Shown in pieces: positions 38,206 to 48,005 of a DNA stretch of 64,000 bases. The stretch is taken from NCBI GenBank assembly GCA_019894975.1, contig JAGXNO010000002.1, forward strand, positions 96,001-160,000, written 5' to 3'. Every line of letters begins with the position of its first letter. Position 1 is the stretch's first letter. The position numbers were made by a program, and so were the translations under genes. Source of the DNA: Promethearchaeota archaeon (lineage in GTDB: Archaea; Asgardarchaeota; Lokiarchaeia; Sigyniarchaeales; SOKP01). The notes beneath the pieces are model-generated. The model saw nothing but the letters and a program-made list of their open reading frames with translations, was not told where the DNA came from and made no database searches.

Positions 38206-39648
38206 ATGGCGAGAACTTATCTCTTAACATTAAAAATAATTAACTTAGTATTTTATGTATGGTTGCTACTTATCTTCCTCTTAACTATTTTTGACTTCGA
38301 CGCTGTCATTACCACCGCCGATAATGAATTAGTAATTTTGGCTTTTTTCGGAGCGGTTAGAAATGTTTTTTCTTATCTCATATATGGAGGGGGATTACTC
38401 ATCGCTTTGATTTTTGCAATGGCAACAGCGGGAGCATATAGTCAATATATGTTTAAGTTTATCGAAACATTTTTCGAAAATTATTTAAGTGGTTGGTTCT
38501 CAATCGGTACTCCTAAATTAGGAGAGATCCCTGACTTAATTTTAAGTGAAGTAGAAGTGTTATTTAATGATCTGTATTTATTTGCATTTCAAATTTTAAT
38601 TGTAGTTTCATTTATTTATGCTATCAGAGCATTCTTAAAAAGCGACCCAAAAAACCATCTTGTTGCTCTTGGCTCAATAATACTTATGATTGTACTCCCT
38701 TTAATGGTGTTTGGGTTAAGGGAAATGTTAGATTTATTTGGTCTCCATTTTGATTATTTAGATCAAATGGCAGATCCACTCGATCCTATCCTATTTGAAA
38801 TTCCTATAGACAATTTTATACTTTTTATAGCAAGCCCCGTTATTGGATTTGCGATCATTTCTTATGTATTTTTAGAACTTGCATTTCAAATCAATTATAC
38901 TGATACTGTAACAAAACCATCCTTAGAGAGGAGCGATAGACTTGAAGCACAATTAAATATTTTAGCACGTGAATCTCATTTTATTACAGCTAATGTTGAC
39001 AAGATAAAAGAAGAAGCTAAAAAAAGAAGGGAAGAAATTGAACTTGATCATGAAGAGGGACTAGCAATAGGAAAGTTTTTTGCTAGAACAGGTAAAAGAT
39101 TCTCATACGTAAAGGAAATGATTGAGAGAAGAAAATTAGAAGACGAAGAGAAAAAATTGGTAACTGCTGCTTCAAAAACAAGAAGACTTGGAAGATATAT
39201 TAACCGTCTCTTTCAAGAAGATAGTGAAGCAAGAGATACATTAACAGCGAGCTCTTCCGCCCCTCGAGCTGGGAATCTAGCAATATCAACAGTAATAAAT
39301 TTTGTTTATCGGGTTGGATTATTATTAATTATTAGCTTTATCATCATTCATCCTCTTTGGTTTTTGGATACGGTCATTCAATTACCTGATGCAATTACAG
39401 AAAGTGTTGTAATGTATTCTCCAGAAGTAATTATTGTATTATTACTACCAATAATGTTGCTCTTTCCTGTTATATCACAATTAATTTCTTTTGTAAAACA
39501 TAGAAACTTAATAATACGTTTGCAACAAGAAGGGAGAATAAAAGAACTTCTGACCTCTGTGGGGGATTATGTTAAAATTGAGCAAGCTGAAAAAGATGAA
39601 AAAGAGGAAGACACAACTGAATCAGTTGCAACTGAATCTGTGACATAA
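38206..39648 (+). CDS. Polytopic membrane protein with central charged coiled-coil loop, unknown function
   Basis: About 7 hydrophobic segments flanking a KEEAKKRREE...ERRKLEDEEKK region; 3 nt downstream of the DUF58 gene. Confidence 0.7.
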   Translation: MARTYLLTLKIINLVFYVWLLLIFLLTIFDFDAVITTADNELVILAFFGAVRNVFSYLIYGGGLLIALIFAMATAGAYSQYMFKFIETFFENYLSGWFSIGTPKLGEIPDLILSEVEVLFNDLYLFAFQILIVVSFIYAIRAFLKSDPKNHLVALGSIILMIVLPLMVFGLREMLDLFGLHFDYLDQMADPLDPILFEIPIDNFILFIASPVIGFAIISYVFLELAFQINYTDTVTKPSLERSDRLEAQLNILARESHFITANVDKIKEEAKKRREEIELDHEEGLAIGKFFARTGKRFSYVKEMIERRKLEDEEKKLVTAASKTRRLGRYINRLFQEDSEARDTLTASSSAPRAGNLAISTVINFVYRVGLLLIISFIIIHPLWFLDTVIQLPDAITESVVMYSPEVIIVLLLPIMLLFPVISQLISFVKHRNLIIRLQQEGRIKELLTSVGDYVKIEQAEKDEKEEDTTESVATESVT

Positions 39649-39654
39649 GGTTGA

Positions 39655-40587
39655 TTAATCTAAATTCATAATAAATTGTGCTAATTCTACCTTTTTCTTT
39701 AAATTTATCATTAATGTATCATAACAATAGCATTTTATTCCCAGTTCTTCAATCTTAGGTTTTAGCATATGATCTTTATTATCTATAATAAAATGCCCTA
39801 AAAAATCTTGATAGAATCCAGCAACACCTACACATGAAACTTCTAAACCTAAACATTTCATTAACTTATCAGCAGGTCCTTTCACTGTTACTCCTTCAAT
39901 AATTGGACTTATTCCATACACTTTATTCTTAACTTTTGAAAGAGCTTTCCTAATATCCTTTACTCCTAAAATTGTGCCGATTGATACTATTGGATTAGAA
40001 GGGCATATAATAATTTTCTTAGCTTTTTTTATATAAGTAAATACCTGTTCTAAGGCCCTAGCATCGTTAATTCCCCTGAATTCTATATTCAAAACCTCAG
40101 GTTTACATTGATATTTTATAAAAAATTCTTCAAAATGGATCCAACCCTCAGGAGTTTTTATATATGTCTCAACAGGCTCATTACACATCGGAATAAGTTC
40201 AGCTTTAATTCCTAAATTATTACATATCAGTTTTGTAATTTGGGTTTTGTTTAATCTCTTTTTAAATAAATCTGTTCGATAGATATGAGTAGCTAAATCT
40301 TTATCACCTGCATTAAACCAACCTGTATTATAATAATTCTTAAGAACGCTGAGGCAATTAAACGTATCTCTTTGATAACCCCAACCTTTTTCCTTATCTA
40401 CTACATCAGCTAAAGTATAAGTAATTATATCCAAATCAGGGCAGATCTTAAGACCGAATAATTCAATGTCATCACCGGTGTTTACAATAATTTTCAATGA
40501 TTCTTGATCTACGATCTCAGCAATTCCTTCAATTAATTTTGCTGCACCAATCCCTCCCGCCAATATTAAATAATAATCCTCACCCAT
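39655..40587 (-). CDS. cofD: 2-phospho-L-lactate/PEP transferase (F420 biosynthesis)
   Basis: LAGGIGAAK, VNTGDD, ICPDLD, GDKDLATH, CPSNPIVSI, KGPADK. Confidence 0.93.
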   Translation of the reverse strand: MGEDYYLILAGGIGAAKLIEGIAEIVDQESLKIIVNTGDDIELFGLKICPDLDIITYTLADVVDKEKGWGYQRDTFNCLSVLKNYYNTGWFNAGDKDLATHIYRTDLFKKRLNKTQITKLICNNLGIKAELIPMCNEPVETYIKTPEGWIHFEEFFIKYQCKPEVLNIEFRGINDARALEQVFTYIKKAKKIIICPSNPIVSIGTILGVKDIRKALSKVKNKVYGISPIIEGVTVKGPADKLMKCLGLEVSCVGVAGFYQDFLGHFIIDNKDHMLKPKIEELGIKCYCYDTLMINLKKKVELAQFIMNLD

Positions 40588-40602
40588 ATCTAATTCACAC
40601 TC

Positions 40603-42015
40603 TTAAATTTTTGGTTCAAATATTATTTTTTGTAGCTCTTTGCGAGGTGGGGCTTGAACATTCGAAAGGGGATAACCTACAGTGAAAAATGCCATAGGTA
40701 CATAGGAATCAGGAAGATTAAGAGTTTGATTTATTATATTCTTAGCAAATAAAGGAGCACAATACCAACATGCCGCTAATTTTTTTATTTCAAATGCAAG
40801 GAGTAGATATGTTGCTGAAGCACTGATACTTTGGATTCCTAAAATGAATTCATTTTGCAGCCTCTCCTCATCAGGATATTTTTCTAACTCTAATTTGTCC
40901 AAGCATAACAATATCATAACTGGGGCATTAACAAAATTATTTTTAGTTTTCTTAATTTTAGCCTCAATGAACTCTTGTGATTTACCATCTTTTTCAAGAT
41001 CATTTTTTAATTTTCGATTCATTTTATTAATTAATTTTATCCGTAAATCATTATTTTCTATTATAATATATCTCCATTGTTGTCTATTGTGTGCATTTGG
41101 CGCCCATCGAGCTACTTCTATACACTCTTCAATAATATTTCTGTTTACTCTCTTATTTTCAAAAGATAATTTATAACTTCTACGATTTTTCAATAACTTA
41201 ATTAATTTTTCACTTATAGGTTCTCTAAACAAATCAATTTCTTTATTCCTAATAATAGAGTCAATTTTTGCATCTACATTAAATTCAAATTTATAGCCTC
41301 TTATTAAGACGGCAGGAATTCCCTCATCAGCCTCACCCATTACTATTTGAGCTGCTGAAGCAAGACTATCTACCTGACCAATCATAGTAGTTTGAAGTTC
41401 ATACCCAAATAAATCCTTTTCTCCTCGTTTATCTAAAACTGGATTTATTCCAGAAACTCCAATAGCGATTCCAACAGATCCTATCCTAAATGGTCTCCCG
41501 AATGAGTCCGATATAATAACCCCTACATCTTTAAAGGTCTGTCTTTTAATCTCTTTTCTTATGTTTTCGGCATCTTGATCCGGATTTTCAGGCAGTAATG
41601 AAATAGTTTCTTTTCCTTCAACGTTAGATTTATCAATTCCTGCATCAGCACAAACAAACCCATGTTTAGTTTCGGTTATTAAAACGTGCTCTTCTTTTAT
41701 TATCTCCTTAGATTCGTCTAAAATTGCTTGAATTAGATTAGGATCTTTTATTGGAAGCCCTTGTATTTTTGATTTCGAAGAGATTTTTTTATACAATTCA
41801 AGAGCTTTCTCACTTGGTGTGATTTCATTCAAATTTCTTGTTCGACCGTTGCTTTTGGATATTAACGACTGAGCTATTACTATTATATCTCCATCAAGTA
41901 TTGATAATCCTCTTTTATTTAGGCTTTCTAATAATAGCTTTGGAATATTATCCCCTTTTTTGACAAGTGGAATATCCTCTAGACCAAAAATATTAATTCT
42001 ATTTGTTAAATTCAT
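40603..42015 (-). CDS. cofE: F420-0:gamma-glutamyl ligase fused to a nitroreductase domain (FbiB-like)
   Basis: GFVCADAGIDKSN, ISDSFGRPFR.G, MGEADEG; C-terminal RRSYK, APNAHNRQQW, VGYP. Confidence 0.9.
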   Translation of the reverse strand: MNLTNRINIFGLEDIPLVKKGDNIPKLLLESLNKRGLSILDGDIIVIAQSLISKSNGRTRNLNEITPSEKALELYKKISSKSKIQGLPIKDPNLIQAILDESKEIIKEEHVLITETKHGFVCADAGIDKSNVEGKETISLLPENPDQDAENIRKEIKRQTFKDVGVIISDSFGRPFRIGSVGIAIGVSGINPVLDKRGEKDLFGYELQTTMIGQVDSLASAAQIVMGEADEGIPAVLIRGYKFEFNVDAKIDSIIRNKEIDLFREPISEKLIKLLKNRRSYKLSFENKRVNRNIIEECIEVARWAPNAHNRQQWRYIIIENNDLRIKLINKMNRKLKNDLEKDGKSQEFIEAKIKKTKNNFVNAPVMILLCLDKLELEKYPDEERLQNEFILGIQSISASATYLLLAFEIKKLAACWYCAPLFAKNIINQTLNLPDSYVPMAFFTVGYPLSNVQAPPRKELQKIIFEPKI

Positions 42016-42021
42016 ATTAAA

Positions 42022-43077
42022 TCAATTTTTAATATTTGAATATCTTCTAATGTCAGATTTCTTACTCCGAGCTAATTTTTCAAACTTAGCAGGAATGGCA
42101 CAACAAGCAGAATAGTATTCATATTGAATTTCAGAATTTTGCTCTTTTAACCATTTTAAAGTATCTCTCGAAGGGATTTCAATTCTTGTTACTCCTGATT
42201 TTATGGCGATTTTCTCCACTTCTACTTTCACATTGCCACGGGGTCTCATACAACCAAGTGAAATTTCTGATAATGGAAAAATGAATCTAATCACGGAGAT
42301 TACTTTTCCTATCATTTCTGGCTGGGGAGTTTCAAAATCTAGCTTAGAAATTTTAGGAGGAATTAATACAATAACAACTATTAGAGGTGGTTGCCCTAGG
42401 TTTTCTTTAATAAATTTTAATGATTCTAATTCTTTATTGAGTTTACCAAAATGTAAACCAACACAAATATGAGGTACAATGTGGAGATTATATTTTTTTA
42501 ATAAATCAATAGCTCTTTTATACTCATTTAAATTGATATCTAAATGGTAAATATCTCGGACAACCTCCTCATCCATGTTAATATCAAAGGACACAATATC
42601 TACATTGGCTTCTGCCAGTTTTTTAGCAGTTTTTTCATTTAAAAGTCCCGTATGAGTATTTATTATCAATTTCGTTTCTTTCTTCACTTTCTTAATTGCA
42701 TCTAAGAAATTGTATAAAGGAACTGAGCCATTTATCTCACTTCCACCGGAAATTAAAGCACCCACTCCATTTTTTTTTGAGAGATCTATTAAAAAATACT
42801 CTAAATCATCGTTATCTAATATTTCTTTCATTCCTTTCAAATACTTTTTATTGCAATGTTCACATTCTAAAGCGCAATTACTCCCTGTTACACTAATTGC
42901 AGGGAATTTTTTGGTTGGATTATAAATTTTCAAAATATTTCCAAAATTGCTCCGAGTAATATTCTGAGCTAGCTCAAAAAAAGGTTCTAAATCTTTAGAT
43001 TCTAAATTTAAAAATTCTGAAAAATCTAACCATGATGCATCTCCAGAATCTATTTTTTCAAATAATTTTTTACTCAT
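42022..43077 (-). CDS. lipS1: Radical SAM sulfur-insertion subunit of archaeal-type lipoyl synthase (LipS1-like)
   Basis: CALECEHC, LISGG, LGCMRP and C-terminal CC motif; next to the lipoate ligase gene. Confidence 0.75.
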   Translation of the reverse strand: MSKKLFEKIDSGDASWLDFSEFLNLESKDLEPFFELAQNITRSNFGNILKIYNPTKKFPAISVTGSNCALECEHCNKKYLKGMKEILDNDDLEYFLIDLSKKNGVGALISGGSEINGSVPLYNFLDAIKKVKKETKLIINTHTGLLNEKTAKKLAEANVDIVSFDINMDEEVVRDIYHLDINLNEYKRAIDLLKKYNLHIVPHICVGLHFGKLNKELESLKFIKENLGQPPLIVVIVLIPPKISKLDFETPQPEMIGKVISVIRFIFPLSEISLGCMRPRGNVKVEVEKIAIKSGVTRIEIPSRDTLKWLKEQNSEIQYEYYSACCAIPAKFEKLARSKKSDIRRYSNIKN

Positions 43078-43849
43078 ATTTTTTTAACCATTTTAAATTT
43101 GAGTATTTTTCATTTACCAAACTCTTAGCAATATCTTCCTCTTCTTCTGAAAAAATCTTCTCTTCAAGACTTATCCCTAAAGATTGTTGGAAACCCCGTT
43201 TCAATGAAGTTATCAACTTTTCTTCATCATAATTTTGTATATAATTTTCAATTCCAATGCATTTAGCCCTTACGGACCTTACCATCCGAGATTTCCCCAC
43301 ATTTTCAGGTGCTTTTAATACAGAATACATCAAATCTGGATCTAAATCTAACAAAATGGTCCCATGTTGGAGAATATAACTCTTTTTCCTTACTTGTGCA
43401 TTCCCAGAGAACTTTTTTCCGTTTAATAAAATAGCAGGACAATGTATAATATCTTTTTGAGGTGTTAAACCATAAAATGTGAGCCCTTGGATAATCCCTT
43501 GGGTGATAATCTCAAATTGTTCTATTACACTTTTAGCTCCTAAATTCTCTAAAAATTTTATAGGGCACACAACTGAATATGTAATCTCCCTTGTTTCATC
43601 ATGAAAGACTGCTCCCCCCCCAGTAATTCTTCGTACAACATTAAATCCCCTTTTTATTGCAAAGTCAAGGTTAATTTCATTATTTAAGCTTTGATTTCTC
43701 CCAATACTCGCTGTTGATGGTTTCCATTTATAAAATCTTAATGTATTTGGTGATTTCTTTACAATTGCCATTTCTAATATGGCTTCGTCTAAAGCCATAT
43801 TCCAAAATCCATTTCTAATATCTAATGGTAAATAACGCCATGTATCCAT
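43070..43849 (-). CDS. Lipoate-protein ligase/octanoyltransferase, catalytic domain only
   Basis: NMALDEA, RRITGGGAVFHD, KKFSGNAQ, LQHGT; 259 aa with no accessory domain. Confidence 0.9.
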   Translation of the reverse strand: MDTWRYLPLDIRNGFWNMALDEAILEMAIVKKSPNTLRFYKWKPSTASIGRNQSLNNEINLDFAIKRGFNVVRRITGGGAVFHDETREITYSVVCPIKFLENLGAKSVIEQFEIITQGIIQGLTFYGLTPQKDIIHCPAILLNGKKFSGNAQVRKKSYILQHGTILLDLDPDLMYSVLKAPENVGKSRMVRSVRAKCIGIENYIQNYDEEKLITSLKRGFQQSLGISLEEKIFSEEEEDIAKSLVNEKYSNLKWLKKYE

Positions 43850-43866
43850 TTTTATTCAAAATTTCT

Positions 43867-44877
43867 TTAATTTACTATTTTATACAAAACTTCAAAGATT
43901 TTTTCTTTTTCATTTTCAATTAAACTACGAGGAAAATTATAAGTAGGACCGGATGGTTTTGAAGTATAATATGGACGATTACATCCTGGACATCCTGATG
44001 TGAAGAATGCATTAGTATTATTGATAATATTTCTTAAATCTTGTTTGCTGATATTGATATTGATGAGAATTCCTTTCATGTTAAAAGTGAAATCTTTAAG
44101 AGTTTTTTCTTTCTCAACAATAAGATATCTCCCTAGTTGTAACTTTCTAAAACTTAAAAGAGATGGTTGAGTTTTGTATTCGAACTTTGTTCCTTTTATA
44201 GGAGTAAAAGCGAATAGTGAAACTAAAATTTTTAATTTATGTAATTCTTCAATGCGTTCAATTACATCCTTTTCTTTTTCTCCTAATCCAATTATTAGGT
44301 GAGTACTCACAAAACCATCAGAAAAAATTTCCAATGCTTCCATCAACTTATTAATATGATCATCCCATCTATACGGTCCATTTACTCCTACACCTTTGAT
44401 ATCATCAAAAATCTCAGGCGTTGTCCCATCCAATGCAATTCCCACTCTTTCAACTCCAATCAACTTTAACTCCTTTAAATTTTCTCGGGATGTTGGAGGA
44501 ATAGCAACAGATATCGGTATATCTGTATTATTTCTAATATGAGTAATAATTTTTATTAGATCCTTTATATTTTCAGGATAATTGAGAGTTTGTATGCAAA
44601 TTCTTTCAAATTTTTGTGATGAGCGTAAATACTTTAATTTTGTTAAGAAGTCTTTAAATGAAAAGACAGGCCAGTTGACTCGTGAGAGCATTCCCTCAGA
44701 CCCCTGATAAGAACGTGCTTGAGGACAAAATCCACAATTAGCTGTACAATGACCTTCTTTATGAGTCATTATGTAACACGTAGTAGGAAGGTCTTTGAAT
44801 TTCACAATTGATCCTAATCTTAAAGCTGAAGCACTCCCAATAGATACTCTTATTTTTTCAATATTCACAATTCTCAC
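43867..44877 (-). CDS. lipS2: Radical SAM sulfur-insertion subunit of archaeal-type lipoyl synthase (LipS2-like)
   Basis: CTANCGFCPQAR, LSRVNWP, HLIIGLGE, FAFTP, TSGCPGCNRP motif. Confidence 0.78.
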   Translation of the reverse strand: MRIVNIEKIRVSIGSASALRLGSIVKFKDLPTTCYIMTHKEGHCTANCGFCPQARSYQGSEGMLSRVNWPVFSFKDFLTKLKYLRSSQKFERICIQTLNYPENIKDLIKIITHIRNNTDIPISVAIPPTSRENLKELKLIGVERVGIALDGTTPEIFDDIKGVGVNGPYRWDDHINKLMEALEIFSDGFVSTHLIIGLGEKEKDVIERIEELHKLKILVSLFAFTPIKGTKFEYKTQPSLLSFRKLQLGRYLIVEKEKTLKDFTFNMKGILININISKQDLRNIINNTNAFFTSGCPGCNRPYYTSKPSGPTYNFPRSLIENEKEKIFEVLYKIVN

Positions 44878-45067
44878 TAGTAAAAATAGGAAATTAAGTT
44901 TTATTGCTTCGTATTATAATGTACTTATTCATAATAATTAAACCTGTTTAATGAAATATCCAGATTTCTCAACTCAAAAATTCCTACATAAAAAATTTAT
45001 TGAATCAATTATTAAAATATTAAATATTTAGTCTATCCTCTAATTTTAAGAGAAGTGTTATAATTAC

Positions 45068-47857
45068 ATGGTTGAATATAACTCCGAAGAAATCGAAAAG
45101 AAATGGCAGGAAAAGTGGGAAAAAGATAAAATTTTTGAAGTCAAGGTAGATCAAAAGAAAAAGAAATACTATGTATTAGAAATGTATCCATATCCCTCAG
45201 GTAAACTCCATATGGGCCATCTTAGAAATTACACTATTGGAGATTGTTATGCTCGTTTTAAAAGAATGAATGGATTTAATGTAATCTACCCGATGGGTTA
45301 TGATTCGTTTGGAATGCCGGCAGAAAATGCAGCGATAGATCACGGCATTAATCCAGAAGAGTGGACTGAAAAAAATATAGATACAATGATGAATCAGCAA
45401 AAAAGGATCGGTCTTTCATATGATTGGACAAGAGAGATATATAGTCATAATCCCAATTTTTATAAATGGGATCAGTGGTTTTTCTTACAAATGTTAGAAA
45501 AGAATTTAGCTTACAAACAAGAAAGTTATGTCAATTGGTGTCCAAAATGCGCTACTGTCATAGCTAACGAGCAGGCTCAGGGAGGAAAATGTTGGAGGTG
45601 CAATTCAGTTGTCGATCAAAAATTTTTAACACAGTGGTTCCTAAAAATTAGAGATTATGCGGAAGAATTACTCCAAGGATTAGATATTGTTGATTGGCCA
45701 GACAAAGTAAAAATAATGCAACGCAATTGGATTGGAAAATCGGAGGGAACAATTATAAAATTTCCGATTGTCGGAGAAAAAAGAACGGTTGATATTTTTA
45801 CAACGAGACCTGATACACTCTTTGGTGTAACTTTTATGGTTTTTGCTCCAGAACATCCTTGGGTTCGTGAATGGGTAACTGGAACAGAATATGAAGAGGA
45901 TTTCAAAATTTTATATGAAGAGGTAATGCATCAAGATAGGTTTGAAAGAACAGACATTGAGATTAAAAAGAAAGGCATGTTTATAGGTAAACATGCAATT
46001 AATCCAATAAATAATGAAGAAGTACCTATTTACATCGGAAATTTCGTCATTTATGAATATGGTGCTGGTGCTGTTATGGCAGTGCCCGGTCATGACCAAA
46101 GGGATTTTGAGTTTGCGAAGGAATATAACATCCCGATTAAAATTGTGATTCAACCATATGATTACGAAATAAATGAAACTAAAATGACTCGTGCTTATGA
46201 AAGCGATGGTATTCTTGCAAATTCAGAAGAATTTAATGGGATGGAAAATCGATCAGCTATTAATGCAGTAACTGAAAAACTAAATCAGAATGATATGGGG
46301 CATGCTACTATAAATTATAAGCTTAGAGATTGGGGAATTTCTAGACAACGTTATTGGGGTTGTCCAATTCCAGTAATATATTGCAAAAAATGTGGAATGG
46401 TACCTGTACCTTATAATGATTTGCCCGTATTTTTACCAAAAGATGTTTCTTTTGATGGAATAGGTAACCCCTTACAAACAAGTAAAAGTTTTGTAAATAC
46501 AAGATGTCCGAAATGTGGTAACGATGCTAAACGTGAAACTGATACTATGGATACATTTGTTGATAGTTCTTGGTATTTCTTTGCCTTTTGTGATCCCCCC
46601 TCTGTTGAAGCAAAAATTCCATATAATAAAGATATCGTAAATTATTGGGGGAATGTAGATCAGTATATTGGAGGTATAGAGCATGCAATAATGCACTTAA
46701 TTTATGCTAGATTTTTTACAAAAGTAACTAGAGATTTAGGATTACATAAATTTGATGAACCTTTTCAATCTTTGCTAACCCAAGGAATGATAAATAAAGT
46801 CCATCCATTTTGTCCTAACTGTAATGCTTTCCTTATGGAAGCTGATTTAGAAAAAATGAAGTGTAAAATATGTGGTAATACGGATCTTATCCAAAAATCT
46901 GTAAAAATGAGTAAGAGTTATGGAAATACTGTTGATCCTGGAGAAATTATCGAAAAATATGGTGCAGACGCAGCAAGATTTTTTATATTATTTGGAGCAA
47001 GCCCATCATCAGGATTAGAGTGGTCTGAAGAAGGGGTCGACTATGCTTATAGGTTCATAAAGAATACCTTTATCTTAGTTTCTGAACCTCCAGAAATTAT
47101 AAGAGAGGAGCTAAATGTAAGAGATACATTAGTTCAGTATTATATGAATAAGACTATTAAAGAATTTACAGAAAACATGAAGGATCTCGCAATAAGGAAT
47201 GCTGTGAATAATGTTATCCAATTTGCTTCAGAACTCGGGAAATATAAAAATGAAGGCGTGAATAAAGAAATCTATAAAGATTGTTTGGAAAAGTTAACAT
47301 TATTACTTCATCCTATAGCTCCTCATATGACTGAGGAAATTTGGGAAAGTTTTGGGAAAAAGGGATATTTGAGTCTTGCAACTTGGCCATCCTATAACAA
47401 AGATCTACTAAGTGAAGAATCAGATTTCAAATGGAAATTAATGAACAGTATATTAGAAGATATAAATAATATAAGGACTATAGTAAAAAAAGAAACTATT
47501 GAATCTATTTCCCTTATAATCGCTGATAGTTGGAAATTGAAGTTTTATAATACTTTAATGAAAATCCTTGAAGAAACTATAAACCAAGGAGAAGTAATGA
47601 AACAGCTAATGAAAGATAATGAATTCAAAAAACATAGCTCTCAAATAGGTAAAATTGTCAGTATAATCTTACGAAATATTGGGAAATATCCTAAATATAC
47701 ACTGTCTTCAAATGAAGAATATCAATTTTTCAGTGAAATTAAACCAATAATTGAAAGAAAGTTTAAATGTCAAGTTGAGGTCACTTTTGAGAAAGACTCA
47801 AAAGAACAAAAAGCTACCCAATCACTCCCTGGTAAACCGGCTATAGTAATTATATAA
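45068..47857 (+). CDS. leuS: Leucine--tRNA ligase (bacterial-type core)
   Basis: MYPYPSGKLHMGH, FTTRPDT, GAVMAVPGHDQRD, DWGISRQRYWG, YIGGIEHA, KMSKS. Confidence 0.96.
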   Translation: MVEYNSEEIEKKWQEKWEKDKIFEVKVDQKKKKYYVLEMYPYPSGKLHMGHLRNYTIGDCYARFKRMNGFNVIYPMGYDSFGMPAENAAIDHGINPEEWTEKNIDTMMNQQKRIGLSYDWTREIYSHNPNFYKWDQWFFLQMLEKNLAYKQESYVNWCPKCATVIANEQAQGGKCWRCNSVVDQKFLTQWFLKIRDYAEELLQGLDIVDWPDKVKIMQRNWIGKSEGTIIKFPIVGEKRTVDIFTTRPDTLFGVTFMVFAPEHPWVREWVTGTEYEEDFKILYEEVMHQDRFERTDIEIKKKGMFIGKHAINPINNEEVPIYIGNFVIYEYGAGAVMAVPGHDQRDFEFAKEYNIPIKIVIQPYDYEINETKMTRAYESDGILANSEEFNGMENRSAINAVTEKLNQNDMGHATINYKLRDWGISRQRYWGCPIPVIYCKKCGMVPVPYNDLPVFLPKDVSFDGIGNPLQTSKSFVNTRCPKCGNDAKRETDTMDTFVDSSWYFFAFCDPPSVEAKIPYNKDIVNYWGNVDQYIGGIEHAIMHLIYARFFTKVTRDLGLHKFDEPFQSLLTQGMINKVHPFCPNCNAFLMEADLEKMKCKICGNTDLIQKSVKMSKSYGNTVDPGEIIEKYGADAARFFILFGASPSSGLEWSEEGVDYAYRFIKNTFILVSEPPEIIREELNVRDTLVQYYMNKTIKEFTENMKDLAIRNAVNNVIQFASELGKYKNEGVNKEIYKDCLEKLTLLLHPIAPHMTEEIWESFGKKGYLSLATWPSYNKDLLSEESDFKWKLMNSILEDINNIRTIVKKETIESISLIIADSWKLKFYNTLMKILEETINQGEVMKQLMKDNEFKKHSSQIGKIVSIILRNIGKYPKYTLSSNEEYQFFSEIKPIIERKFKCQVEVTFEKDSKEQKATQSLPGKPAIVII

Positions 47858-48005
47858 TAATACTTTATTTCTCGGTACTAATTTGTTTTCAGGTGTATTT
47901 TATTAATTTAAGATTAAACAAATTATTTTTATACCTAAAACATTAAATCAAATTAAATATGGGTTTAATTAAATCTAAGCAAAATTATATGGTGTCGGTA
48001 TACAC

